DNA of 8,000 nt from Takakia lepidozioides (taxonomy: Eukaryota; Plantae; Bryophyta): assembly GCA_030704615.1 (NCBI GenBank), contig JAKLZA010000034.1:1-8000 (forward strand), given 5' to 3'. Below, piece after piece: positions 1-8,000 of this stretch. Every line of letters begins with the position of its first letter. Within the stretch, counting starts at the first letter, position 1. The notes beneath the pieces are model-generated. The model searched no databases, was not told the origin of the DNA, and worked only from the letters and a program-made list of their open reading frames with translations. The position numbers and the translations under genes were made by a program.

Positions 1-662
1 TGACGGCGGACATCTCCCGCCTAATGACACACCCTCCTCAAACCTAATCGTCACTCACTGCATGTTGTTTGCCTCTCTGTTTGTACAAGTCGCAGCTACT
101 CGCCCCCATTTGTGCTATGAAGCTTATGATCGCTGTAGGAAGGTTAGAGGATAAGGCGAATTGTAAGTTTAGTGGGTGGGTATCCAAAGTCAGGAACTAA
201 ACTCACCCATCTATCGACTGCTTGAATGTTGCTTCCACCTTCTTTATGGCAGCAATCCGGCGCTCTCGGAACTTCTCGTACTCAGTGAGAGGGACTGTCA
301 CTTCAAAGACCTTCCGCTTCACCATGGACACTCAGAAACGATACTTATAGTATACTATAGATATAGAAATAGCACATTGGCAGCTGGTGCAAAACAAGAG
401 ACAATGCACTGTGCGTAGCATGCAAAGAGGGAAGGGGTGACGTTCAAAGCATGTACAGTGCAGGTGGCAACCGGATGCGTAGGCGTAGAATAGATGACCG
501 TCTATGGCGAATGGAAGAAGCTTATGCCACAAGGAATGGGCATACAAAATGCTATGCACCTGCGATGAGTGTCATGGAGGAAAAGTACTGTTGTTGGAAA
601 CAGTGAGGAATGATTACATGATACACGGGAGGGATCCTCTTCTCCGACGTTGTTCTCTTCCA

Positions 663-1055
663 GTAAGATCGTCACTTTCCCTTCAGCACTTTAGTTTGAA
701 TTTTGAATGCCACGATCCTCTTCTCCACATGTCGACATTTCGTTGGGTGATTGTAGTCAAGAAGTCATAAGATACAGACGTGACTATGACTACGCCACTT
801 CCGTTATCACTTTAATTAATGCACATGTCGTGTTTTCATTGGTCATGTGTAGTCATGTAGTCATATATGACTAAGTAAGTGATTGCAACTATGACTTCAA
901 TGGCTACAAATGTCGTGTTTTGATTGGGTGTATATTCATAAGATACATACGTAAATATGACTGCATCACTGCAACGTCACCGTGCCTCCTATGTCATAAT
1001 ATGAACAAGTGTCACATCGTTGTTGGTCCACTCACAAGATGACTATTGGATGCAG
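663..1055 (+). other. Predicted GT-AG spliceosomal intron in the transposase
   Basis: Donor CCA|GTAAGA at 663 and acceptor TGCAG|GGA ending at 1055 are both phase 0 and join ORF 504 to ORF 1020 in frame. The intervening DNA is AT-richer and has no long ORF. Confidence 0.6.
726..1029. repeat. Degenerate ~85-100 bp tandem repeat (3 units plus a partial fourth)
   Basis: Unit heads: cacatgtcgacatttcgttggg (726), cacatgtcgtgttttcattgg (822), caaatgtcgtgttttgattggg (907), caagtgtcacatcgttgttgg (1006). Units 1 and 3 also share tcataagataca(g/t)acgt(gac/aaa)tatgact. Confidence 0.65.
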
Positions 1056-1815
1056 GGATGTGAATATTTAGATGATGAAGACGAAGGCCCTGCGGCACAG
1101 CGGGAGCCCAATGTCACAGAGAACGCAGATGAGAGTGGTGGATTGGAGGTAGAAATGCAGCGTGCATTGCAAGAAGCATTTCTCTTTGCAGATGCAAACA
1201 GAGAGGACCCCATTCATGGTGGAACCGATCACACATTTGCCGATCATGATGATGATCTCGACGATTCCGGAGACAATGAATTTGATGAGAATGCTCACCT
1301 GCACGTTGATCCCGAGTATGATAAACTCTTCCGACAGTCGCAATGTCCACTTTTTAAAGGGTGCTCCATCAGCCGGCTGCAAGCAACTTTGATGTTGCTG
1401 AACGCATGCACTACCCACAAGTGCACCAATGCATTTGTGGATGAGCTTCTGGGATTGTTGCGTAAGAGTTTTTTTGCCTAAAGAGAATTCATTGCCGAAA
1501 ACTCACTATGAAGCAAAAACCATGATTGCCAAGATGGGATTGCAGTACACCATGATTCATGCCTGTGAGCGTGGTTGTGTACTCTTCCGTGGGGAGTATG
1601 AGAATGTAGACATTTGCCCAGTGTGCCGTAGTTCCGTTACATTCCAGGTCGTGGAAGTGTGCCCAAGAAAGTATTGCGACACTTCCCTGTCATTCCAAGG
1701 TTGAAACGTATGTACCGATGTAAATCGATCGCTAACCTCATGACATGGCACGACAGACATAAGAGCCAGGATGGGTTGGTTCGACATCCAGCTGATAGCA
1801 AAGCATGGAGACACA

Positions 1816-1820
1816 TTGAC
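1816..1820. other. Predicted left copy of a 5-bp target site duplication (TTGAC)
   Basis: These are the five bases immediately left of the LTR terminus. The partner copy would lie beyond the window, so it is unverified. Confidence 0.45.
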
Positions 1821-2174
1821 TGTCGCGCACCTCACTTCGGTAAGCTCCCCTTCAAGTCATAGTTACTCGCTTTGATGCGCGCGCCTGACTCCCAACCTGG
1901 CTGCCCGGGCCAACTTGGAGCTTCGGCTGCTCACCGGGACATAACGGTCCCCCTTCGCTTCCCTCTAAACCCTCCACCTATTTGGGACTAGGAGAATTCC
2001 CTTTTGGTAGATGGCAGTCCGGAACAGCTCCCCACTCTTTGGTCGCTTTCCGGCTCGTTCGCTTACTCACTAGTTTTTGGTCACCAACGGGCTTGCACCG
2101 TTCTCGGGGTTACTACTCCCTATAGATACTTCTGTAGCTGTCCGCGGGGGTTTCATAACCAGCCATGCCATTTT

Positions 2175-2725
2175 ATGGCGAACCACCACGAAAACCCTCG
2201 ACTCCCGTGATGAGTCGCGGTGAGTCTTGGCCCACTCATCACGGCCCCTATGGACCGTGATGAGTCCCAAGGCTCCCCACGACTCCCACCACGAGGTCTC
2301 CGCCCCCATGGTGAGTCCTATGCCACCCCCACTAAGTCCCGCTAAGCTACCACCACCCCTTGTGGAGCCACCCCCACCGCAACCCGGTGTGCGGGGCTCC
2401 ACCTAGTGAGCGCCTCCGCCTCCTTGAGTGCCTTGGGCACTCAAGGGTGCTTCTGCCCCCATACCTATCGCTGCCGATGCCCCCACTACAGGGGCAGCCC
2501 CTCATGTGTCCCGACCCCCTGCCCTCAAGGCAAAGGGCCGCGACACACACCCCTACCAACAGGGAATCGATGTCCTCATCGACTTGTCCATTTTGTAGAA
2601 ACGAACATCCAAGTTGTGGCGTCCCACATCAAGGAGTTTGTTTCCGCACCATGGCGTCCCGAATCGCCTTACTGCAACAACATTGCTTGCGATCGCTCAT
2701 GATGCCGCTTTTGGCATCACCTTGA
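2175..2725 (+). other. Putative antisense ORF inside the LTR (~183 aa after three 1-bp corrections), unknown function
   Basis: Reconstructs as MANHHENPRLPVMSRGESWPTHHGPYGPVMSPKAPHDSHHEVSAPMVSPMPPPLSPAKLPPPLVEPPPPQPVCGAPPSERLRLLE...CPFCRNEHPSCGVPHQGVCFRTMASRIALLQQHC... 2360-2725 is open without correction. Confidence 0.4.
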
Positions 2726-3088
2726 GCAAGGGTTCCCTGGAACCCTCTTTGACTAGGAAGATAACCTTGAACCAACCGTGCGCCCCAATCACTACAATTG
2801 GGTCCGCCTTGGAATGCTGGCCTGAGGTACGGGATCACGCCGAAGCCGCACTACGACTTCGTCCCGAGGCTACACGATTATAGTACGTGAACGGAAGCAC
2901 GTAGCTTCCGCGTTAGCCCGCACTACAAGGCAACCCCCTCGGTAGCGCAGTTATAGTACGCGCACGCGCCAGGTGCGCACTAGCACGTGAACTCCCAAAG
3001 AAGTCGCAAGTTTCCTTGCCCCTTGGATGGGGGTCACCCGATTTCGGCACTACGCAAACACACGATTAACCCAATTTACCTCTCCCAC

Positions 3089-3095
3089 TTTTATA
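3089..3095 (-). promoter_or_regulatory. Candidate TATA box (TATAAAA) in the U3 portion of the LTR
   Basis: The minus strand reads gcTTATAAAAgtgggag about 165 bp inside the inferred LTR start. Motif match only. Confidence 0.3.
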
Positions 3096-3258
3096 AGCTA
3101 GCATGCATTCTACACACTAGCCAACCATACCATGCATCACCATTCCAAACAAAATAGGACGCACAACATTTGGAACCCATTTCCTTTATAACAATTTTTG
3201 TACAATACAAGTTTTTGTAATCGGATTCCTAAGCTAGCTAAGCTGGGCTAAGCATGCA

Positions 3259-3269
3259 TTTCCTCCCCC
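3259..3269 (-). other. Polypurine tract (PPT)
   Basis: Minus strand GGGGGAGGAAA lies just downstream of the pol stop (3293) and directly abuts the TG of the inferred LTR start. Confidence 0.8.
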
Positions 3270-3322
3270 ACGCTCCAAGGTTGATGTCCCCATCAACATT
3301 TCTTCCGCTTTTGAGGTCGCCA

Positions 3323-3475
3323 TTCGAAAGCTGCAACCGCCTCGGATGCGTTTCCCATTTCTGAGGCACGCACCCAAGATGCCTCCACATGATGATAGCC
3401 CTTCCATTTGACGAGATACTCCGTTTCTCGGTTCTTGAACCTCCTCGACTTAAGTATTGCCTCCACCTCGTACTC
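3323..3475 (-). CDS. Integrase C-terminal chromodomain
   Basis: EYEVEAIL...EYLVKWKGY...ASW...M.NA...V..FE matches the classical chromodomain pattern. Confidence 0.93.
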
Positions 3476-3539
3476 AGGTTCATTTTCATGATCCAATAGC
3501 ATAGGTGGCGGACGCATACTTGATGCCGATTCGGACGCG

Positions 3540-4620
3540 CTTCATCTTTGAAGTAAGGCTTCAAAAGGGAGACATGGAATACTGGGTGCACCTTGCTGTT
3601 TGCCGGCAGCTCCAATTCATACACATCCTCATTCATAACCTTCTGAATGCGAAAGGGTCCCGCATACGGAGGTACGAACTTCAGACTCACTTCCGGAGGT
3701 AGTCGGAAATTTTTGATGTTCAACCAGACCTTGTGCCTGCCTCAAACTTCACTCCCCTCCGCTTCCGATTCGCCTGTCTTTCATACCGTTTCCTGGCTTT
3801 GGCAATGTTGTACTTTGCGAGCTTCAACAAACGCTCGCGTTCTTCCAGTACCGCCGCTACTGCCGGTTCCTCAACGTCCTGGGCGGCCCAATTGTCGGCA
3901 CCAGAGGTGCTTTTCCATAGACCAATACGAAAGGGGAAACTCCCGTTGCGGAGTGTTCTGTGTTATTATAACAGAACTCTGCCGCGTCTAAGTGTTCCAC
4001 CCAGTCTGTTTGGTCTGCCGACACGTAATTCCGCAAGATCTGCTTCACTACGGAATTCACCCTTTCTGTTTGGCCGTCGGTCGTAGGTCGGAAGGCGGTG
4101 CTCATCTTCAGCCTCGTCCCCATCTTCTTCCAAAGTGTCCTCCAAAATTTACTCGTAAACTTTGGATCGCGATCCGAGACAATATCCTTCGGGACTCCAT
4201 GATGCTTTAAGACGTGGGCGAAGTAAAGTCGCCCTGTCTCCTGCGCCGTTGCCGTCTCCTTGGTGGGGATGAAATGGCCCATTTTACTGAACCTATCCAC
4301 CACCACCATGATTGCATCGAATCCTTTTGACAGCGGCATAGCAGTCATGAAATCCATCGAGACGCTTTCCCAAGTCCCCTCTGGAATCGGCAAGGGTTGT
4401 AACAGCCCCGCTTGCTTTTTGTACTCGCTCCGGTTTTGTTGGCATGTGGTGCATGTCTTGACATACTCCTCTGCCTCCTCCCTCAGTTTGGGCCAGAAAT
4501 ACTCTTTCTTCAAGAGTGCCGCAGTGCGCTTGGCTCCGCCGTGGCCCGCAAGCGGGCTATCATGGCATTCTCTCAAGAGGCTATCTCTGATCCCTCCCTT
4601 TGGCACGTAGAGACGTTTTT
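3540..4620 (-). CDS. Integrase (HHCC, DDE core, GPY/F; frameshifted after the core)
   Basis: HDSPLAGH...CTTC; [23 protein letters not shown]; YAGPFRI...[12 protein letters not shown]. Confidence 0.95.
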
Positions 4621-4777
4621 GCTTATACCGGAGCAGTCCATTTTGCAAGTGGAACTGCGATTTAATCCCCATCCTCAAGTCCTGCATCACGGACTTCGCC
4701 AGCTCATCCTTCCGGCAAGCCTTTCGGATCTTCCTTTGGAGCGCCGTCTCGCCCTTGTACACCAACAAGAGCTGCTG

Positions 4778-5125
4778 CTTTCTACTTAAAGCATCGGCCA
4801 CCACGTTGTCTCGTCCCGGTTTGTACTGGATATCCACGTCGAACACCGCCAAAGTATCTTGCCACCTAAGTTGTTTTGGGGACAACTTGGGCTGCGTGGC
4901 AAAATACTTCACCGTGACATTGTCCGTGAACACCTTCACTGGGTTGGAACCAACATAGTGGCGCCAAAGCTCAAGGCAATGCACCACCGCCTTCATCTCT
5001 TTTTCGTGCGTAGGCCACCGTCGCTCCACTTCATTCAGTTTCTTACTTTCGTAAGCTACTGGACGTCCATCTTGCATAAGTACACCCCCAATCGCGAAGT
5101 CCGACGCATCTGTATGAATCTCAAA
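4778..5125 (-). CDS. Ty3/Gypsy RNase H domain
   Basis: HTDASDFAIGGVL, EKEMKAV, FTDN and NVVADALSRK; the D-E-D-D residues are present. Confidence 0.95.
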
Positions 5126-5399
5126 TGGACGATCGAACTCCGGGATTTTCAAGACTGGAGCTTCCGCCATCCGCTGCTTCAATTCAGCAAAAGCTTGGCC
5201 ATTAAATGTGTTCCATACCCAGACTTTGGATTTACACAGAAGGTCCGACAGCGGCCCCGCGATCTTGGCGAAATTTCTTACATACTTCCGGTAATAGGAG
5301 GCGAGTCCTAGGAAGGATCGCACTCCCGGGACCGAAGTCGGAGGCTCCCAGTCCAAGATCGCCCTCACCTTTCTGTCATCCATTTTGATCCCATCCTGT

Positions 5400-6110
5400 G
5401 TAATCACATGCCCAAGAACTCCACTTTCGTGACCCCAATTCGCACTTTGAAGCTTTGGCGTACAGCTTCCTTTCCCGCAACTTTTGGAACACCCTTTTGA
5501 GGTGCTCCAGGTGCTCCTCCTTTGTTTTCGAGTACACCAAGATGTCGTCGATGTACACGATCACAAAGTCATCCAACCACTCCTGAAAAAGGTTGTTCAT
5601 CAGCGTGCTAAAGGTCGCTGGTGCATTGGTGAGCCCAAAAGGCATCACCAAGAACTCATATGAACCATACCTTGTCCTGCACGCGGTCTTCTCCTCATCT
5701 CCTTCCGCCACCCGAATTTGATGATAGCCGGAGCGCAAGTTGATCCGGCTGAAATACTTCGCTCCTGCCAACCGATCGAAGAGGTCGTCGATCCTTGGCA
5801 AAGGGTACCGGTTTTTGATAGTCACCTTATTCAGAGCCCTGTAATCGACACACATCCGCAGCGTCCCATCCTTCTTGTCTGCGAATAGCACCGGGGCTCC
5901 GTAAGGTGACTTATTCGGCCGGATGTACCCCTTTGACATTAGATCCTTGAGCTGAGTCTTCAGCTCGACCAACTCTCTGTGGCTCAACCGGTAGGGCGCC
6001 TTGGCAGGCGGTTCTGATCCCGGTATCACCTCAATCTTGTGGTCAACTCCTCTTCGCGGTGGCAAGCCGCTTGGTAAATCCTCCGGCATCACATCCTGGT
6101 ATTTCTCCAA
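5400..6110 (-). CDS. Reverse transcriptase domain
   Basis: [41 protein letters not shown] and [10 protein letters not shown] (YIDD at 5544-5555). Confidence 0.97.
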
Positions 6111-6343
6111 AATCCCCTTGATCCAATTGGGCTCGGCTCCCCATCGCCTTCTCCCTTCACTTCTCTAATGTAAAGCAAAAACTGGGGTTCGTGTGCCTCC
6201 TCCACGGCCCACTCCCTTGCTGACAGAAGGTTTATTCGCCCTCCCACGGATTTGGGCGTTTCCGACATTCATAAGACCTCGCCACCATTCCCACATGGCA
6301 GCGTGACTACTCTCTTGCGGCCATCTATGACCGCTCCGGATTT

Positions 6344-6624
6344 GCTCAAAAAGGTCATCCCCAAAATGAGATCTACTCCATCGATCTCGCAGATGGTGAA
6401 GTTCTCACGTCCCTCCCAACTCCCCAGTTGAAGAGGAACATAAACGCCAACCTTGTCGCCAACTGTGGTTCTCCTTTGGCAGAACGCACCTCAATAGAGG
6501 CCCCCACGTCACTTGTCGGGAGTCCCAGCTTTTGTGCCGCCGCCGGTGTCATGAAGGAGTGCGACGCTCCTGTGTCCACCAACAACGACACATTAGTTCC
6601 GGATATTATCCCATCCACGAACAA
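6344..6624 (-). CDS. Aspartic protease domain (frameshifted)
   Basis: LLVDTGASHSF with the catalytic D at 6574-6576; C-terminal DLILGMTFL motif in a second frame. Confidence 0.9.
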
Positions 6625-6785
6625 TAACTGACTCCCTTTACGCAGGCGCCAGTTTCCTGATACAACTCACAAGAATAGTTGCCTACCTTGCAAGTCCTGG
6701 CGACCACCGCTTCCACCAAGCGACTGATGGTATCTTCCGACAGCTCCGTGGTCGCCCGAGTCATGTTCAATTGCCGGGGCTTCGT

Positions 6786-7840
6786 GCACTTCTTGGCCAT
6801 GTGCCCGGGCTCCCCGCAATTGAAACACACTCCATCAAAGGTCGCCTTCTGTCCGCCATAAGCCGCTCCACCCGCTTTTCTTTCGAAGCACCGGGTGCCG
6901 CCTTGACGTGTGAAGGCCCTCCCTTCGATTTCCACGTGCCATTATCGCCGCGTGGCCTATCCCACTTCTTTTCCGGTCGGAAGGAGTCACCTTCCCGCCG
7001 GGTCTTCTTGTGGTTCAGCTCCGTACGGCCTTGTCTCTCACCCCTAGGGACATCTAGAAACATTCAGCCCTCTCAATTGCCTCGTTCAAGTCTTGGGTCT
7101 CCCTCCAACTTCCGCCTGGCCCATGGGGCCAGTCCCGCCACAAAGTTGAAGACCATTTCTGGTTCTGCCATGTCCGCGACTTCGAGCAACAGCACATTGA
7201 AAGCCTGGACATATCCCCGAATGTCATCTGTTTGCTTCAAATTCCTCATCTTGTCCCGGGCGAGCCAGGACGCGTTGAGGGGCACAAACTGTCTCTTCAT
7301 CAATTCCTTGAACCCACTCCAGTTCAAGGTTTCCGGGCTTGGGCCTCGGTCGTGAAGGCGTTTCTGCCACCATTGTTGAGCATAGCCCCTCAAATAGGTG
7401 GGAGCCACTTCCACCCGATCCTCGTCACTCAACTTGGCCGCCCGGAAGTACTGCTCTAGCTCCAGGAGCCAGGTGTTGAGTGCCTTCCAATTTCGAACGC
7501 CCTCGAAGGTGCCGGGTTCCTTAGGCTTCACCTTAAACTTTGCCTTAGTGGAAGTGGCATTAGCCGCCTTCAACACGTCTTTCAATGTCCCGCCAAACTG
7601 CGCCAACAACCCTTCCCAAAAGGCTGCCGGCATGGGAGACATCTCTTGGTTTGTCGGAGCTCTCAAGGATTCCTCGGGCTCCGACTCCTCGGATTCCTCC
7701 CGCTCTTGAGCGGCCTTGTTTTCGGAAACATTCATCGCTTCCTCAAACGGCCGCCTCGGTGACACGTCGCCCCCATCGGGCTCACCAGGATCATCATCTT
7801 TTGGGCCGTTCCGCTTTCGCTTTGGCTTGCCCGACCCCAT
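6786..7840 (-). CDS. gag: Gag: capsid-like domain plus CCHC zinc knuckle (frameshifted)
   Basis: PGTFEG...WLLELEQYF...YLRGYAQQWW...W..FKELMKRQF...LKQTDDIRGYVQAF...FVAGL; zinc knuckle CFNCGEPGHMAKKC (CX2CX4HX4C) at 6786-6827. Confidence 0.92.
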
Positions 7841-7881
7841 GATGAGGCCAATCCCAAGGACGATCGCGTACTGAACTCTAA

Positions 7882-7892
7882 CTCTGATACCA
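7882..7892 (-). other. Primer binding site for initiator tRNA-Met
   Basis: Minus strand TGGTATCAGAG, 2 nt after the LTR-terminal CA; the canonical plant tRNAiMet PBS. Confidence 0.93.
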
Positions 7893-7894
7893 AG

Positions 7895-8000
7895 TGTCGC
7901 GCACCTCACTTCGGTAAGCTCCCCTTCAAGTCATAGTTACTCGCTTTGATGCGCGCGCCTGACTCCCAACCTGGCCTCCCGGGCCAACTTGGAGCTTCGG
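7895..8000 (-). repeat. 5' LTR (U5 end, partial)
   Basis: 104/106 identical to 1821-1926; the only difference is CT (7976-7977) versus TG (1902-1903). Confidence 0.97.

Larger units (their letters stand above)
504..1820 (+). pseudogene. CACTA (En/Spm) TnpD/Tnp2-like transposase, 5' part, interrupted by the LTR retrotransposon
   Basis: Exon 504-662 encodes MLCTCDECHGG...ETVRNDYMIHGRD, resembling the CACTA transposase-associated Cys domain. From 1056 there is an acidic tract, then PLFKGCSISRL...FVDELLGLL, LPKENSLPKTHYEAK...IHACERGCVLFRGEYENVDICPVC and KVLRHFPVIPRLKRMY...MTWH...HPADSKAWRHID, all recognisable TnpD/Transposase_21 motifs. Two frameshifts: T7 run at 1469-1475 and a missing C near 1634. 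Confidence 0.9.
1821..3258 (-). repeat. 3' LTR, about 1.44 kb
   Basis: The left boundary TGTCGCGC is fixed by the match to 7895-8000 and the abrupt break in the transposase. The right boundary (...GCATGCA, 3258) is inferred from the adjacent polypurine tract and the TG...CA termini. Confidence 0.8.
3293..7840 (-). pseudogene. gag-pol: gag-pol polyprotein, disrupted
   Basis: Probable ATG at 7840 (MGSGKPKRKR), just after the PBS. The domains can be followed continuously across about ten frameshifts and one in-frame TGA (6269-6271) to the stop at 3293-3295. Confidence 0.93.
1821..8000 (-). mobile_element. Ty3/Gypsy LTR retrotransposon, chromovirus (Galadriel-like); runs past the right edge of the window
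   Basis: Direct repeat 1821-1926 / 7895-8000, PBS and PPT, Gypsy domain order gag-PR-RT-RH-IN, and a C-terminal chromodomain. The clade guess rests on recalled similarity of Gag (QFVPLNASWLAR...GLAPWA) and RNase H (TDASDFAIGGVLMQDG...EKEMKAVVHCL) and is less certain than the superfamily call. Confidence 0.97.

Noticed and set aside
1-120. CACTA terminal inverted repeat; GGCGG...CCGCC hairpin at 5-21
   Set aside because: No convincing CACTA terminus with subterminal repeats is visible, so the end probably lies left of the window. The hairpin is too short to be significant.
346-359. Palindrome TATAGTATACTATA
   Set aside because: A single AT-rich low-complexity palindrome with no supporting context.
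176-559. Short ORFs 176-418 and 332-559
   Set aside because: No motifs; more likely the 5' leader or intron region of the CACTA gene.
726-1029. CRISPR-like reading of the spaced repeats
   Set aside because: The repeats are degenerate, the intervening parts are related to each other, no cas genes are present, and the context is eukaryotic.
1821-1970. Alternative very short LTR ending at CGGGACA (1941), followed by a pyrimidine-rich tract
   Set aside because: It would give a 121 bp LTR with the purine tract offset by several bases. The tract at 3259-3269 sits directly after pol and abuts TG. Not fully excludable, because the window ends before the comparable 5' LTR position.
2070-2402. Gly-rich - strand ORF in the LTR
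   Set aside because: Low-complexity mirror of the C-rich tract; no env-like or transmembrane features seen.
3505-7842. Multiple + strand ORFs opposite gag-pol
   Set aside because: Antisense shadows of coding sequence with no recognisable motifs.
7841-7909. N-terminal extension of the Gag ORF in the ORF track
   Set aside because: It runs through the LTR and PBS from a non-ATG start; the ATG at 7840 is more plausible.

Overview
Eukaryotic, most likely plant, transposon nest. A + strand CACTA/En-Spm TnpD-like transposase (504-1820, one predicted intron) is interrupted at 1820/1821 by a - strand Ty3/Gypsy chromovirus that looks Galadriel-like. The retroelement has a 3' LTR at about 1821-3258, a PPT, gag-PR-RT-RH-IN-chromodomain (7840-3293), a tRNA-Met PBS, and 106 bp of the 5' LTR at 7895-8000 (104/106 identical to the 3' copy). 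Reading frames are broken by many single-base indels, possibly long-read errors, and by two CpG-type substitutions (RT catalytic D>N and a premature TGA). The least expected feature is a reconstructable ~183 aa antisense ORF inside the LTR, with a threefold HH...P(V/M)(M/V)S repeat, a Pro-rich linker and a Cys/His cluster. All calls come from reading the sequence; no searches were run.
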